From NCBI GenBank assembly GCA_044892505.1, contig CM097882.1:512120001-512184000 (forward strand): a stretch of 64,000 nt of DNA, written 5' to 3'. Below the pieces are notes generated by a model that worked only from the letters and a program-made list of their open reading frames with translations, made no database searches and was not told where the DNA came from. This document shows positions 36,581-47,435 of the stretch, in pieces. Source of the DNA: Schmidtea nova (Eukaryota). A program made the position numbers and the translations under genes. Position 1 is the stretch's first letter, and every line of letters starts with the position of its first letter.

Positions 36581-37504
36581 TTTTGAGGATACCTAAATAA
36601 CAAATAATATAATAGACAATTTGAATATTTTGGGGGAAAACCGATATGGTAATAGACATAGCATCCTGGAGTTTGAAGAAGAAAAAGAAAAAGCAAAAAA
36701 GTTGGAAATGAGGAATGAATAACAAAAGAAAAGAAACCCAAGAACAAAGCGGAGAAAGGTCACTTCTAATTATTAAGTACAAGAAAATAGAAAGGAATTC
36801 AGAAATTGGAAAACAAAAACAAAACCGGTATCTTGACAGCTGTCAATGATAACGTGGGAGCTCTAAAAAGTATGGGAAATGCCAGAAGCAGAAATGGAAA
36901 AAAGCGAGTTGTATCAAGTGCCGAACTGCCAGGGGCAACATGGAAGTTGTAGAGAGAAAATGGGAAATTCCAGAGACATGAGTAAGAAAGGCGAAGTGCC
37001 ATGAGTGCCAGACGATGCAAACTATAAAAAGCGAAAGCAATCTAAACTAAATCAGAAGCAAAGTTGGAGAAGAATAGTCTTGTTAGAAATCGGATTGAAA
37101 TTGTATAATTACGCTATACTGTAGAGAATCGAGACGTATATAACTTAATTGAATGAAATAAAGAAATCTGGATTGAATAAGAGTCAGAGTATAGTGATAA
37201 AGTCAAAGCACAAGGGCAATCGAAAGCAATTTACCCAATTGTCGAGTCAATCAGTGGCTTGTGATTATTAGAATATTTGGTTATTATACGCTTGGAGCTA
37301 TTCCTCACGAAGTGTTGTAATAAGCTCTGTATAATTGCCTTCTTGACTGTTGAATCGATCGCGTAATTATAATTCGTGTAACTAACTGTGATAATCAATA
37401 AAGGTTTATATTGTCTGAAAATTGTTATTTTGTGGATCAAATAAAGCACGCTTTGGAGTCAGAGATTTGATTGGTAACTTTTACATTTCACCAACAACCC
37501 AACA
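36581..37504 (+). mobile_element. Solo LTR, same family
   Basis: T(T)TTGAGGATACCTAAATA...CCAACAACCCAACA with 4-bp TSD TCTT. CTATAAAAAG at about 37022. Confidence 0.8.
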
Positions 37505-39049
37505 TCTTTAAATTTACTATTTTTTTCTAAATAAAAATTTTTAATATAGCAGTTTAAACGAACATAACATAAGTTTTTCTTTACTTTTTTACATATCCCT
37601 TTTGGACTCCAAAACAACTGTTAAGGTTCCAATTCTCAACTTCAGTCACTTATGTAAATTAATTAAAATAAAACTGACAAAAGTAATTTATTGTTAATAG
37701 AAAATTTTTTCAAATCCAATTACCTTAACCAAATTTTTATACAGATAATAGTTTAAAATGCGATTAAATGTTTTCAAATGCTGTTCTCCAAACTAGTATA
37801 TGTACTGAGTCCTAAATTATTGTCACTTAAGATATCGAACTCCTCCAATACATCCATGCTAATTTACCTAAATACGGTAATGGAACCGTATCTTTAGTTC
37901 TGATTTATTCCTACGAATGTTACCTGAAATCATTCAAAATGTATTTGTTCTTCAATCCATAGAAGACATGGATACTGCAAAAACCATTGATAAAATAATT
38001 GACTAGAAGAAAGCGATGCTGAAATAAACATTGAAGACGAAATAGCAGCATTTAAAACCAGTCTGCCACAGAAAACCATTTTATCAACCGCAGAATTATT
38101 TATGCCATTATCAAAGAACTTTTGGGTCAAAAACCAGGAAACGTCATCATCCAAGTGAATTGGAACAAAGAAAGGAGAAAAGGTTCTAGTGAGTTCGATG
38201 ACCAGAAAATTTGAGATCACATTAGACTATAATCCGAAACAGAATCAAACTTTCAATATTCCAGAAACTGTCGCCAACAAAATCGTTAATTTCCTCGTCA
38301 ATTCGAGTGCAATTTAAAATCTTTGAATTCAACTTTTGTTGAATGGAGATTTTACACTAATCAGTACCAACAGCTCCATCATTGAGCATTGTGGTAACAG
38401 TAAATATCAATAAAATTTGAAAAAGCCGAATAAACGGATATTTACAGTAATAAACATCAAAAGATCAATAATAGGAGCAGACTTTTTGGTTCACTATGAT
38501 CTACAAATCAGTTGCAAAAACAGGTAAATTTCCAATGTAACAACTTCGGAATTTGGACAAGGTTATCCTTAAATTTCGAAAATAACTAGTATATCGCGTG
38601 GATACGAAGACATAATTTTGAATTCACAGGTAATAATCAAGTCGTTGGTCCTCGGACCATGGCTAAGAGGAGAGAATGAATTAAAACACCGAAGGAAAAT
38701 AGCCTGCGCCATCTGCGGCCCGACTGGTCCGAAAGGACAGGAGCTGTCTCTTCGGAGCAGAGAATTTTTTATTAAATAAAGTTTGATGCCTTCTAAAAAA
38801 AGTTCTAAACCCAACCAATATTTCACTTGCTTTATAATAAGTTTTCTTTAATTTCGCTATTATTATTCATTTACTTTAAAAGATGTTTTATTTTTTCCAA
38901 TTGAGAAATTGTTGTGGCCTAATATTCCAAAGCCTACCAAAAGTCTCCAGTCAGGTAGTTATTTACATATTACAGCTTATAATGAACAGCAATGGGAACA
39001 AATGTCACAAACACACACGAATACTGAATGTCTGTAGTGCTGAGAGTTA

Positions 39050-39310
39050 GTACTTCATTATATTACCTTTCATCTGGATAACAAGGCGCACTCGTTTAGA
39101 CATTATATCGACCACTTTTGCCAGGAAATCAGGGGAGATGTGTGACCATTCCTCATGCAGATGCGTTTCCAGTTCGAAGGCGTTACGGGCAATGAGAATT
39201 ATTTTGCGAACTCGTCTACCAAGGGCGTCCCACAGAAACTCAATAGGATTCAGATCAGGGCTTTGTGGAACTCAGAAATTTCAATGGTCAAGCTTTCAAT
39301 GGCAACATCA
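39050..39310 (-). pseudogene. Tc1 transposase C-terminal remnant
   Basis: *VPQSPDLNPIEFLWDALGRRVRK...EEWSHISPDFLAKVVDIMSKRVRLVI. Confidence 0.85.
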
Positions 39311-41258
39311 CTATTATAACTCAGGGTAAATTTTTTTATGATTGTTGTTCTGTTTTACTTTTTAACAAATTGAGAGTAGAAGAATGACAGTAAATAGGTG
39401 TGAGTTCACTGGGCAAACATCTATTTAACCCTTTCGCTATGAAAGTGTTTTTAAAAGTCAAACGACGATTAGTTCTGTTTGCTTATTTGTTTGATTTTTA
39501 TCATTTAAACAGGTTTTAACGTGATAGAATAAACAGTGGTCAAGAAAATTATATTCATAAAGATTTTAGAGACCTATAAATATTCAAAACAAACATTATT
39601 AATTTATATAAATATTGTGTCTATACTAATTATTTATTAGGTCATCAACCTAAAAAATATTTAAAATTTTACATGTTAAATGCCACATGTAGTGATCTAA
39701 AAATATAGAATTTTGTTTTTCATTAGCAACATCAACACAACTAATCACAAAATCCATTCTACCAGAATATGTTGGAATATCGATATCACCTGAAATCTAT
39801 AAAGCATCTTATTAACTTTAGTGTTTTAGAATATTTATAAAGTATTATTATTAAAATTACTTAAACAAAACATGTTGTTTTATTAAGTCAAGAGGTATTT
39901 TTTAGTTATTTAGCAAGCTGTATTTGTTTTTGAATATAATACATTTAACTCATTTTCAAAAAAAACACTACAAACTTATCAAATAAAGATAAATAAATAA
40001 CAGCAAATACTGTTTGCCAAAACATAGAATTAAACTGGTCTGCAAGATATGGATGTTCAAAGAAATTGCTATGACAATCAATGATTCGGTAAATCTCTCG
40101 TAAAGAACTGCATCGGAAATATCACCATTATTGGTAGTTGTATTAAAAATTGAAGTTTCTCTTTGGAGAATTTCTTTGTCTGAATAGTAGATATTGATGA
40201 TCAAGTATATCTACTGAGGGGTATCGGCTTTGAAAGTAACAATTTAAACTTATCAAACGTCTGACATTTTTTTGAGTATTCTTGTGTAACTCGTCAATTT
40301 AAACAAGAGTAATTTCATTAATTTACTTTTTTTATATTCTAATATAATAATGTAACATTTAAAAATAATTTTACTTTATTACAAATATAATTTTATTTGA
40401 ATTGTATGGCCATGTTCTACAGTGAGTGAGAGTGTTAATTTATTTTATTGTTTGTTGAGGTTTGTTGTGGGAGATTGTATTATTATATTTTGTTATGTTC
40501 AGTAATTGTTTTAAAGAAATCTGTAGAGCCCAACAGAATCTCCTGTAAAACTTGAGTCGGGACCGCTGGGGTGTATGTTATGTTGATTATGTATTGTGTG
40601 TATAAGTGCGTGTGTATGTTACTACAGAATTAAATAAATTAGTAACAATTTTTATTTAAAAAACGCTATAAAACGTAAAACACGTACTCACGTAAGTTTT
40701 GTAAAGTTAAAGTTTTTTCGGAAAAGATTTTGTTTTCTTCAATTTAAAATTTTCCACTTTATCCTTTGTTTCTAAATCTTTTTAATTCTTTTTCTTTGTT
40801 TTTTTTATTTGCTTGGCAATATTTCAATTCTATTTGCTTGGCAATTTTTCAATTTTATTTGCTTGACAATATTTCATTTCTATTTAATTTGTAAATCGAA
40901 TTTTAAAATTTTTTAAACTATTTAATTATTATAATTCACGTTTTTAATTATAATAAAACAAATCATACAATAAAAGGGGGCGGTCACCATATGAGAGGAT
41001 GATGACAAAAATAATAACAACAATAGTAATAAAAAATAATAATAACAATAACGACATTTGGTACATTACAGATCAGTACATTAGGAAAAATCAATATAAA
41101 TTAGAAAATAAATTGAATTAATGAAACTGGTTTTGAAATAAATAAAGGTTGTATAAGGAAGAATAATTTAAAATAATAATTTTTAAAAGAAAAGAAAGTT
41201 GTTTAAATAAGTAGATTTATTGAATGAATAAATATTTGAATTATCTTATTATCACACA

Positions 41259-41270
41259 AGCTATCCGGGC
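41259..41270 (+). promoter_or_regulatory. Putative primer-binding site complementary to the 5' end (nt 1-12) of tRNA-Lys(UUU)
   Basis: AGCTATCCGGGC fills the whole gap between the LTR end (CA) and the gag ATG. Its reverse complement, GCCCGGATAGCT, is the recalled 5' end of human and Drosophila tRNA-Lys(UUU). Confidence 0.7.
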
Positions 41271-41840
41271 ATGATAAAAGATATATTAAGTGCAATAGAA
41301 TGTTTTGACAGCGAAAATATGAAAATCGATGAATGGTTTGATAAGTTTGAATTAATATGCAAGCTTCACAAGTTCAATGGAAAAAAGTAAATTTTACCTG
41401 CTATCATGAAGGGAAAGGCATTTATCACTTTGAAGAAAGCAGCGAAAAACCAAGATATTAGTTATAAAGAAATTAAAAGATCATTGGTACGAGCTTTCAG
41501 TGATCCCCCAGAAGCATGTTTCTCCAAGTTGTTAAACAAGAGATTCCAGATCGCGGACAATATTAACATTCATTTATCAGAAATGAATAATCTGGCTTTT
41601 AACGCTGGAGATCTAATAATAAACATTGTAATCAACAACTTGCCAGTAGAAATCGAAGCTGAGGTGAGACGACAGGGATCAACGACGATCGACGCAATTG
41701 GTAACATTGTTTCACGACTGAATCTAGCTCTTGGACATCAGTCTGCATTTGTAAAGAAGATAAATAAGGTACAATGTTATATTTGTAACGAAAACCATTT
41801 TGCCTGTAGCTGTCCGAACAAGAAAAATTCAATGTTCTAG
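41271..41840 (+). pseudogene. gag with CCHC knuckle and one internal stop
   Basis: MIKDILSAIECFDSE...DEWFDKFELIC; TAA at 41388; CYICNENHFACSC. Confidence 0.8.
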
Positions 41841-44800
41841 GTGTGAAATGCTCGGACTCCAATCCCAATATTGTAAATCGGGAAAAGACAAATGGATCGA
41901 GAATATTCAGGAGTCTCTCTCGATCCCAAAAAGAAAGACTCCTTTCCATATGTTGGGTTAAGACAGACATAAATAACAGGAAAAAAGTAACAATTAACAA
42001 AAATGACCGGAATCAACAGGAAACATTTAAATAATAATAAAAAGATCAAGAAAAATTAGTTAACCAAAAGAATACAATTAAAACAAATAAATAAAATTGA
42101 AAATAGATCAAAAGTGACGAAATTACATAGAAATCAGAAAATATCGAGAAACAAAGAAAATAAATGGAATTAATAAAAGAAATAGTGAAATAATAAATAG
42201 AATAAAATAGAAAATAATTACAAAAAAAATAAGAAAAAATAAAATAACATAATAAATTGGGTCACTGGACCAATAGGAAAATAACTCGATTCTGATTGGC
42301 TGCCTGAACGCCGATTTTACTATATAAAGAAGCGCTCAGGACAGCATTTTTAATGTCATCATATACACTAAAGGTCATCACATATACTAAAGCCATCAAG
42401 TTTATCTCACACATTTATTTCAACAACACTCGGGAGGAATAACCAGAACTTTTCTTTTGTGAATCGCAGTACAACAACCTATTGTAAGTCCAATTGTATA
42501 AATCAATAAAATTTTAAAACCTATAATGTGTTGTTTATCTAATTCATTCATGATGTATAGATAATACGATAGTCGTGGCAGTATCGTCAGTTGCCGGCTC
42601 TCCGGGGTGATCTGTCCCTGTTTCGTGTCACGGTACGGGGCGGAGATAGGTTGCTCCGCCAAGACCTTTTTATGTGGTAGATAACTAACAAAGGGTGAAT
42701 GTCGGAGAACATGCAGTGGAATTCCGTAATCTTTTAGATTTGACATCAAATTTTCAGAGAGAATACCGTTAGAGTGGTAACCGTGACGAACTGTTCAATA
42801 GTGACATTGCGTTCCCCAGAATCTAAATAATGGAAGTAATTTCCCGAAACCCTATTAATTAACTGCAAGCGAACAAAATTTTGGAGACACGTATTCACAA
42901 TCAAACTACTAAATTGATATTATGTCACCCAGCTAATGCGTGAGAGCTGATAATCGAATTCCGACAGCGTGAAGGCAGTATGACAGAAGTCAGTCTGTTG
43001 AGGATTAGGTAATAACCAACTCATTTCGATTAAAACCCGTGGTATGCCCATGGTAGATTTAAATTTACAGCGTGTCAGATGATTGTTCCATAATAGAGTA
43101 AATCTTTAAATGCCCGACGATTAATGATTTTCCAACCGACCAGCAGTACGTAATGAATGCCGATTTTCCGAGAGCGCTGTACGGATTAAGATCATTAGAA
43201 CCTCCCTCAGACATTTTAATTGGAGATAAATTGTAAAAGGATAATTGCCCATCTGATAATGGCGTTGATAATTTAAGGCCGGTTAGCGATCGGAATTGAA
43301 TGCCGATAAAAATAATTGTCGTGTACAGTGGGAATTCGTATCATGTTTACCAGCATACTGATAAGATAATTGCACAGAGTACAGTAATTGCCAGAACGAG
43401 GTAATAGCGGCTGAGTACAGAGTTTTTGGCAGAGAGATCGGAGTCATAGATAAGGTGGTCAATTGTAATCAACAACTTGCCAGTAGAAATCGAAGCTGAG
43501 GTGAGACGACAGGGATCAACGACGATCGACGCAATTGGTAACATTGTTTCACGACTGAATCTAGCTCTTGGACATCAGTCTGCATTTGTAAAGAAGATAA
43601 ATAAGGTACAATGTTATATTTGTAACGAAAACCATTTTGCCTGTAGCTGTCCGAACAAGAAAAATTCAATGTTCTAGGTGTGAAATGCTCGGACTCCAAT
43701 CCCAATATTGTAAATCGGGAAAAGACAAATGGATCGAGAATATTCAGGAGTCTCTCTCGATCCCAAAAAGAAAGACTCCTTTCCATATGTTGGGTTAAGA
43801 CAGACATAAATAACAGGAAAAAAGTAACAATTAACAAAAATGACCGGAATCAACAGGAAACATTTAAATAATAATAAAAAGATCAAGAAAAATTAGTTAA
43901 CCAAAAGAATACAATTAAAACAAATAAATAAAATTGAAAATAGATCAAAAGTGACGAAATTACATAGAAATCAGAAAATATCGAGAAACAAAGAAAATAA
44001 ATGGAATTAATAAAAGAAATAGTGAAATAATAAATAGAATAAAATAGAAAATAATTACAAAAAAAATAAGAAAAAATAAAATAACATAATAAATTGGGTC
44101 ACTGGACCAATAGGAAAATAACTCGATTCTGATTGGCTGCCTGAACGCCGATTTTACTATATAAAGAAGCGCTCAGGACAGCATTTTTAATGTCATCATA
44201 TACACTAAAGGTCATCACATATACTAAAGCCATCAAGTTTATCTCACACATTTATTTCAACAACACTCGGGAGGAATAACCAGAACTTTTCTTTTGTGAA
44301 TCGCAGTACAACAACCTATTGTAAGTCCAATTGTATAAATCAATAAAATTTTAAAACCTATAATGTGTTGTTTATCTAATTCATTCATGATGTATAGATA
44401 ATACGATAGTCGTGGCAGTATCGTCAGTTGCCGGCTCTCCGGGGTGATCTGTCCCTGTTTCGTGTCACGGTACGGGGCGGAGATAGGTTGCTCCGCCAAG
44501 ACCTTTTTATGTGGTAGATAACTAACAAAGGGTGAATGTCGGAGAACATGCAGTGGAATTCCGTAATCTTTTAGATTTGACATCAAATTTTCAGAGAGAA
44601 TACCGTTAGAGTGGTAACCGTGACGAACTGTTCAATAGTGACATTGCGTTCCCCAGAATCTAAATAATGGAAGTAATTTCCCGAAACCCTATTAATTAAC
44701 TGCAAGCGAACAAAATTTTGGAGACACGTATTCACAATCAAACTACTAAATTGATATTATGTCACCCAGCTAATGCGTGAGAGCTGATAATCGAATTCCG

Positions 44801-45301
44801 ACAGCGTGAAGGCAGTATGACAGAAGTCAGTCTGTTGAGGATTAGGTAATAACCAACTCATTTCGATTAAAACCCGTGGTATGCCCATGGTAGATTTAAA
44901 TTTACAGCGTGTCAGATGATTGTTCCATAATAGAGTAAATCTTTAAATGCCCGACGATTAATGATTTTCCAACCGACCAGCAGTACGTAATGAATGCCGA
45001 TTTTCCGAGAGCGCTGTACGGATTAAGATCATTAGAACCTCCCTCAGACATTTTAATTGGAGATAAATTGTAAAAGGATAATTGCCCATCTGATAATGGC
45101 GTTGATAATTTAAGGCCGGTTAGCGATCGGAATTGAATGCCGATAAAAATAATTGTCGTGTACAGTGGGAATTCGTATCATGTTTACCAGCATACTGATA
45201 AGATAATTGCACAGAGTACAGTAATTGCCAGAACGAGGTAATAGCGGCTGAGTACAGAGTTTTTGGCAGAGAGATCGGAGTCATAGATAAGGTGGTCAAT
45301 T
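41625..45301. repeat. Tandem duplication with 1837-bp period
   Basis: 41625-43464 is repeated at 43462-45301. ORF-track entries recur with an identical translation at an offset of 1837. ATT microhomology at the junction. Confidence 0.95.
42290..42331 (+). promoter_or_regulatory. Inverted CCAAT box plus TATA box (copied at 44127-44168)
   Basis: TTCTGATTGG-N21-TATATAAAGAA. The same spacing occurs at 54744-54785. Confidence 0.6.
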
Positions 45302-45585
45302 ACTTCCAGTTACCTTGAAACAATTAAATGAAATAGGAATCATAATTAAATAATATCGAGCGCGCCACCAGTCGCAGATAAATGTCAACGATTGATAACC
45401 TGGAGGAAAATAAGTAATATAAATCGGTTAAAGTGAAAAACGTGCACAAGAAACTGAGTGATAATTGAGTCCCAGGTCGGATAATGAGTTCCGAACTCTA
45501 ACCTATGAACGCAAAAACTAATAAAACTTGAGGGCCCTCCAGTTGTAACATAAAATTAATATAATCTGTATTTAGTGTTTTCAAC

Positions 45586-46020
45586 ATGTTCTATACCGGG
45601 TTTCAAGTCAATGGCGCAAGAGGAGAGTCGACAGCGGCGAAAGATCTCGCAGATGAGACGAATCAGTATAATAACCATCTCATGATGCTCATGCCGCTCA
45701 AACCGATTCCAACAGAGTTGGCTAATGAAATTTTAAAAGAGCACAAGGAAGAATTCGAGAGAACGGGGACTGCCCCTCCTTTTAGCCTGTTCCGGGACAG
45801 TCCATCGGAAATCATATGGCATGGCAGTAGGGAATGGCCGATCGACGTGGATCGCCCTTACTCACATCACATGGCCAAATATTTCGTAGAAACTCCCACC
45901 GAAATACCCGGGAGGTTTCAAATCTATTATCAAGGCGAAATTCCGCAAGAAGAGTTTCTGAGTAGGGGACGATTTGTGTTCGCGCCCGCTCCAACCCCAA
46001 GCCCTACCGACTATCCGTAA
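45586..46020 (+). CDS. Orphan 144-aa ORF inside the retroelement insertion
   Basis: Intact ATG-to-stop frame, GC-richer than its surroundings, 10 nt downstream of a TATTTAG acceptor-like site. No recognisable domain. Confidence 0.5.
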   Translation: MFYTGFQVNGARGESTAAKDLADETNQYNNHLMMLMPLKPIPTELANEILKEHKEEFERTGTAPPFSLFRDSPSEIIWHGSREWPIDVDRPYSHHMAKYFVETPTEIPGRFQIYYQGEIPQEEFLSRGRFVFAPAPTPSPTDYP

Positions 46021-46461
46021 CGGCCTCTCAACGTTAAGTGATTCGGACGAAAATGATAGCGATGCCGAGATCGTGGATAGTGATTAGACCACCACTGTTG
46101 TATTGTGTTCGTCAAATTATATGTATAATCGTTGTTGTTGTTAGAGTTGTTAGTTTAATATTAAGAACTAGTCTTGTATTGTGGTTTAGGTGTAATTTGT
46201 AATGAATAGATTGTTTCAATAAACAACCGTGCTAAGCGATAGATGTAAGTAATCGTGCTAAGTAATTAATTGATGCTCAACTAGTGCAGTATAACGTAAA
46301 CAGGAAAAGACTAAATAGAATGACTAGTGATAATTTGAGAGATGTAAACGTAGAGTAAGGCGACGCTCATTGAAAGACAGCACAGGAGTTATGACTACCA
46401 AATAGAGTGCTTAACGACGCGAAACTCATGTTAGGCCTACTGAAGGTATCATAAAATAATT

Positions 46462-46890
46462 TTGTATAGGAAATATGTCTGCAGAACAGAAAACAATGGG
46501 TCAGCTGAAAAGAAGGATATAATCGACATAGAGCACAGTGATTTTTCCCCAGCGGCGATGAAGCGAGTCAACGATAGGCTACTAAGGGCTACACAAGTGA
46601 TTCAGGAGCCGAAACGAGAAATAAATGCCCTAAAGATAGAACTGAAAAATTGTCAGTCAATTATCACGGAAAGATTCACCGCTGAGAATTTAAGGGAATT
46701 GATTCGCCCTTTAACCTTGGAAAAATGGTTTGCGATGCCAGATAAACCAGAGAATGTGATCACTGAGACGACGACCACGCAACCGCCAAAACGAAAGAGG
46801 AGAAAATCGCATGCACAGCGGAGATGTCAGAAGAAGTGGAAGTTAGAAATCGAACAGAGCAGAGTGATCATAGATAGAAACCTTCCTTGA
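46462..46890 (+). CDS. Orphan ORF or exon with a coiled coil and a basic NLS-like stretch
   Basis: 142 open codons starting near a TTTTGTATAG acceptor-like site. Contains PPKRKRRKS. Confidence 0.4.
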   Translation: MYRKYVCRTENNGSAEKKDIIDIEHSDFSPAAMKRVNDRLLRATQVIQEPKREINALKIELKNCQSIITERFTAENLRELIRPLTLEKWFAMPDKPENVITETTTTQPPKRKRRKSHAQRRCQKKWKLEIEQSRVIIDRNLP

Positions 46891-47435
46891 GAGAACTGAT
46901 GAAAAAAAACACTAAAATTAAATGCAGTTCAAATTGTAATGTTGTGCTAATAAATACATGTATATACATCAAAAATGTCTTGTTGTTTAGTAGTTAAAGT
47001 ATAATTTAGAATAAAGATTGACAAGAATAATGGTGAGTAATAAATTAAAGTTCAGTTGAGCTTGGGAAGCGGTAGGAAATGAGGTAGCCAGTAAGAATTT
47101 ATAGTGAAGGAGACTGAAGGGTGAGTTAGGAAATAGACAGTGAACACCCGAAATGAATGACCTGCGCAGGGTGAGGGGAAATAGAATAAGACCTTCTATC
47201 GGTCAAGTGAGAACCCGAACGATGCGACAAGTCAGGAGTAGTTCTTGTGAAGGAGCTCACCTGCTGACTTTCGATCGGCTGTTATACACATTTCCAACGT
47301 GAATGATTAGGGTAATTCACGGGTGTATGAACAGTAAAGTTTTTATGTGTGTGTTGGACCCTAGAGACCAAGGAAGTATATTTCAGAAAGAGAAAGTCAG
47401 AGAATCTAAAGAGTCAGAAAGCAAATTCAGTTTAG

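Noticed and set aside
42420-42749. 109-aa minus-strand ORF present twice (also 44257-44586)
   Set aside because: Its recurrence is explained by the tandem duplication. It is antisense to the promoter and splice signals and has no motif.
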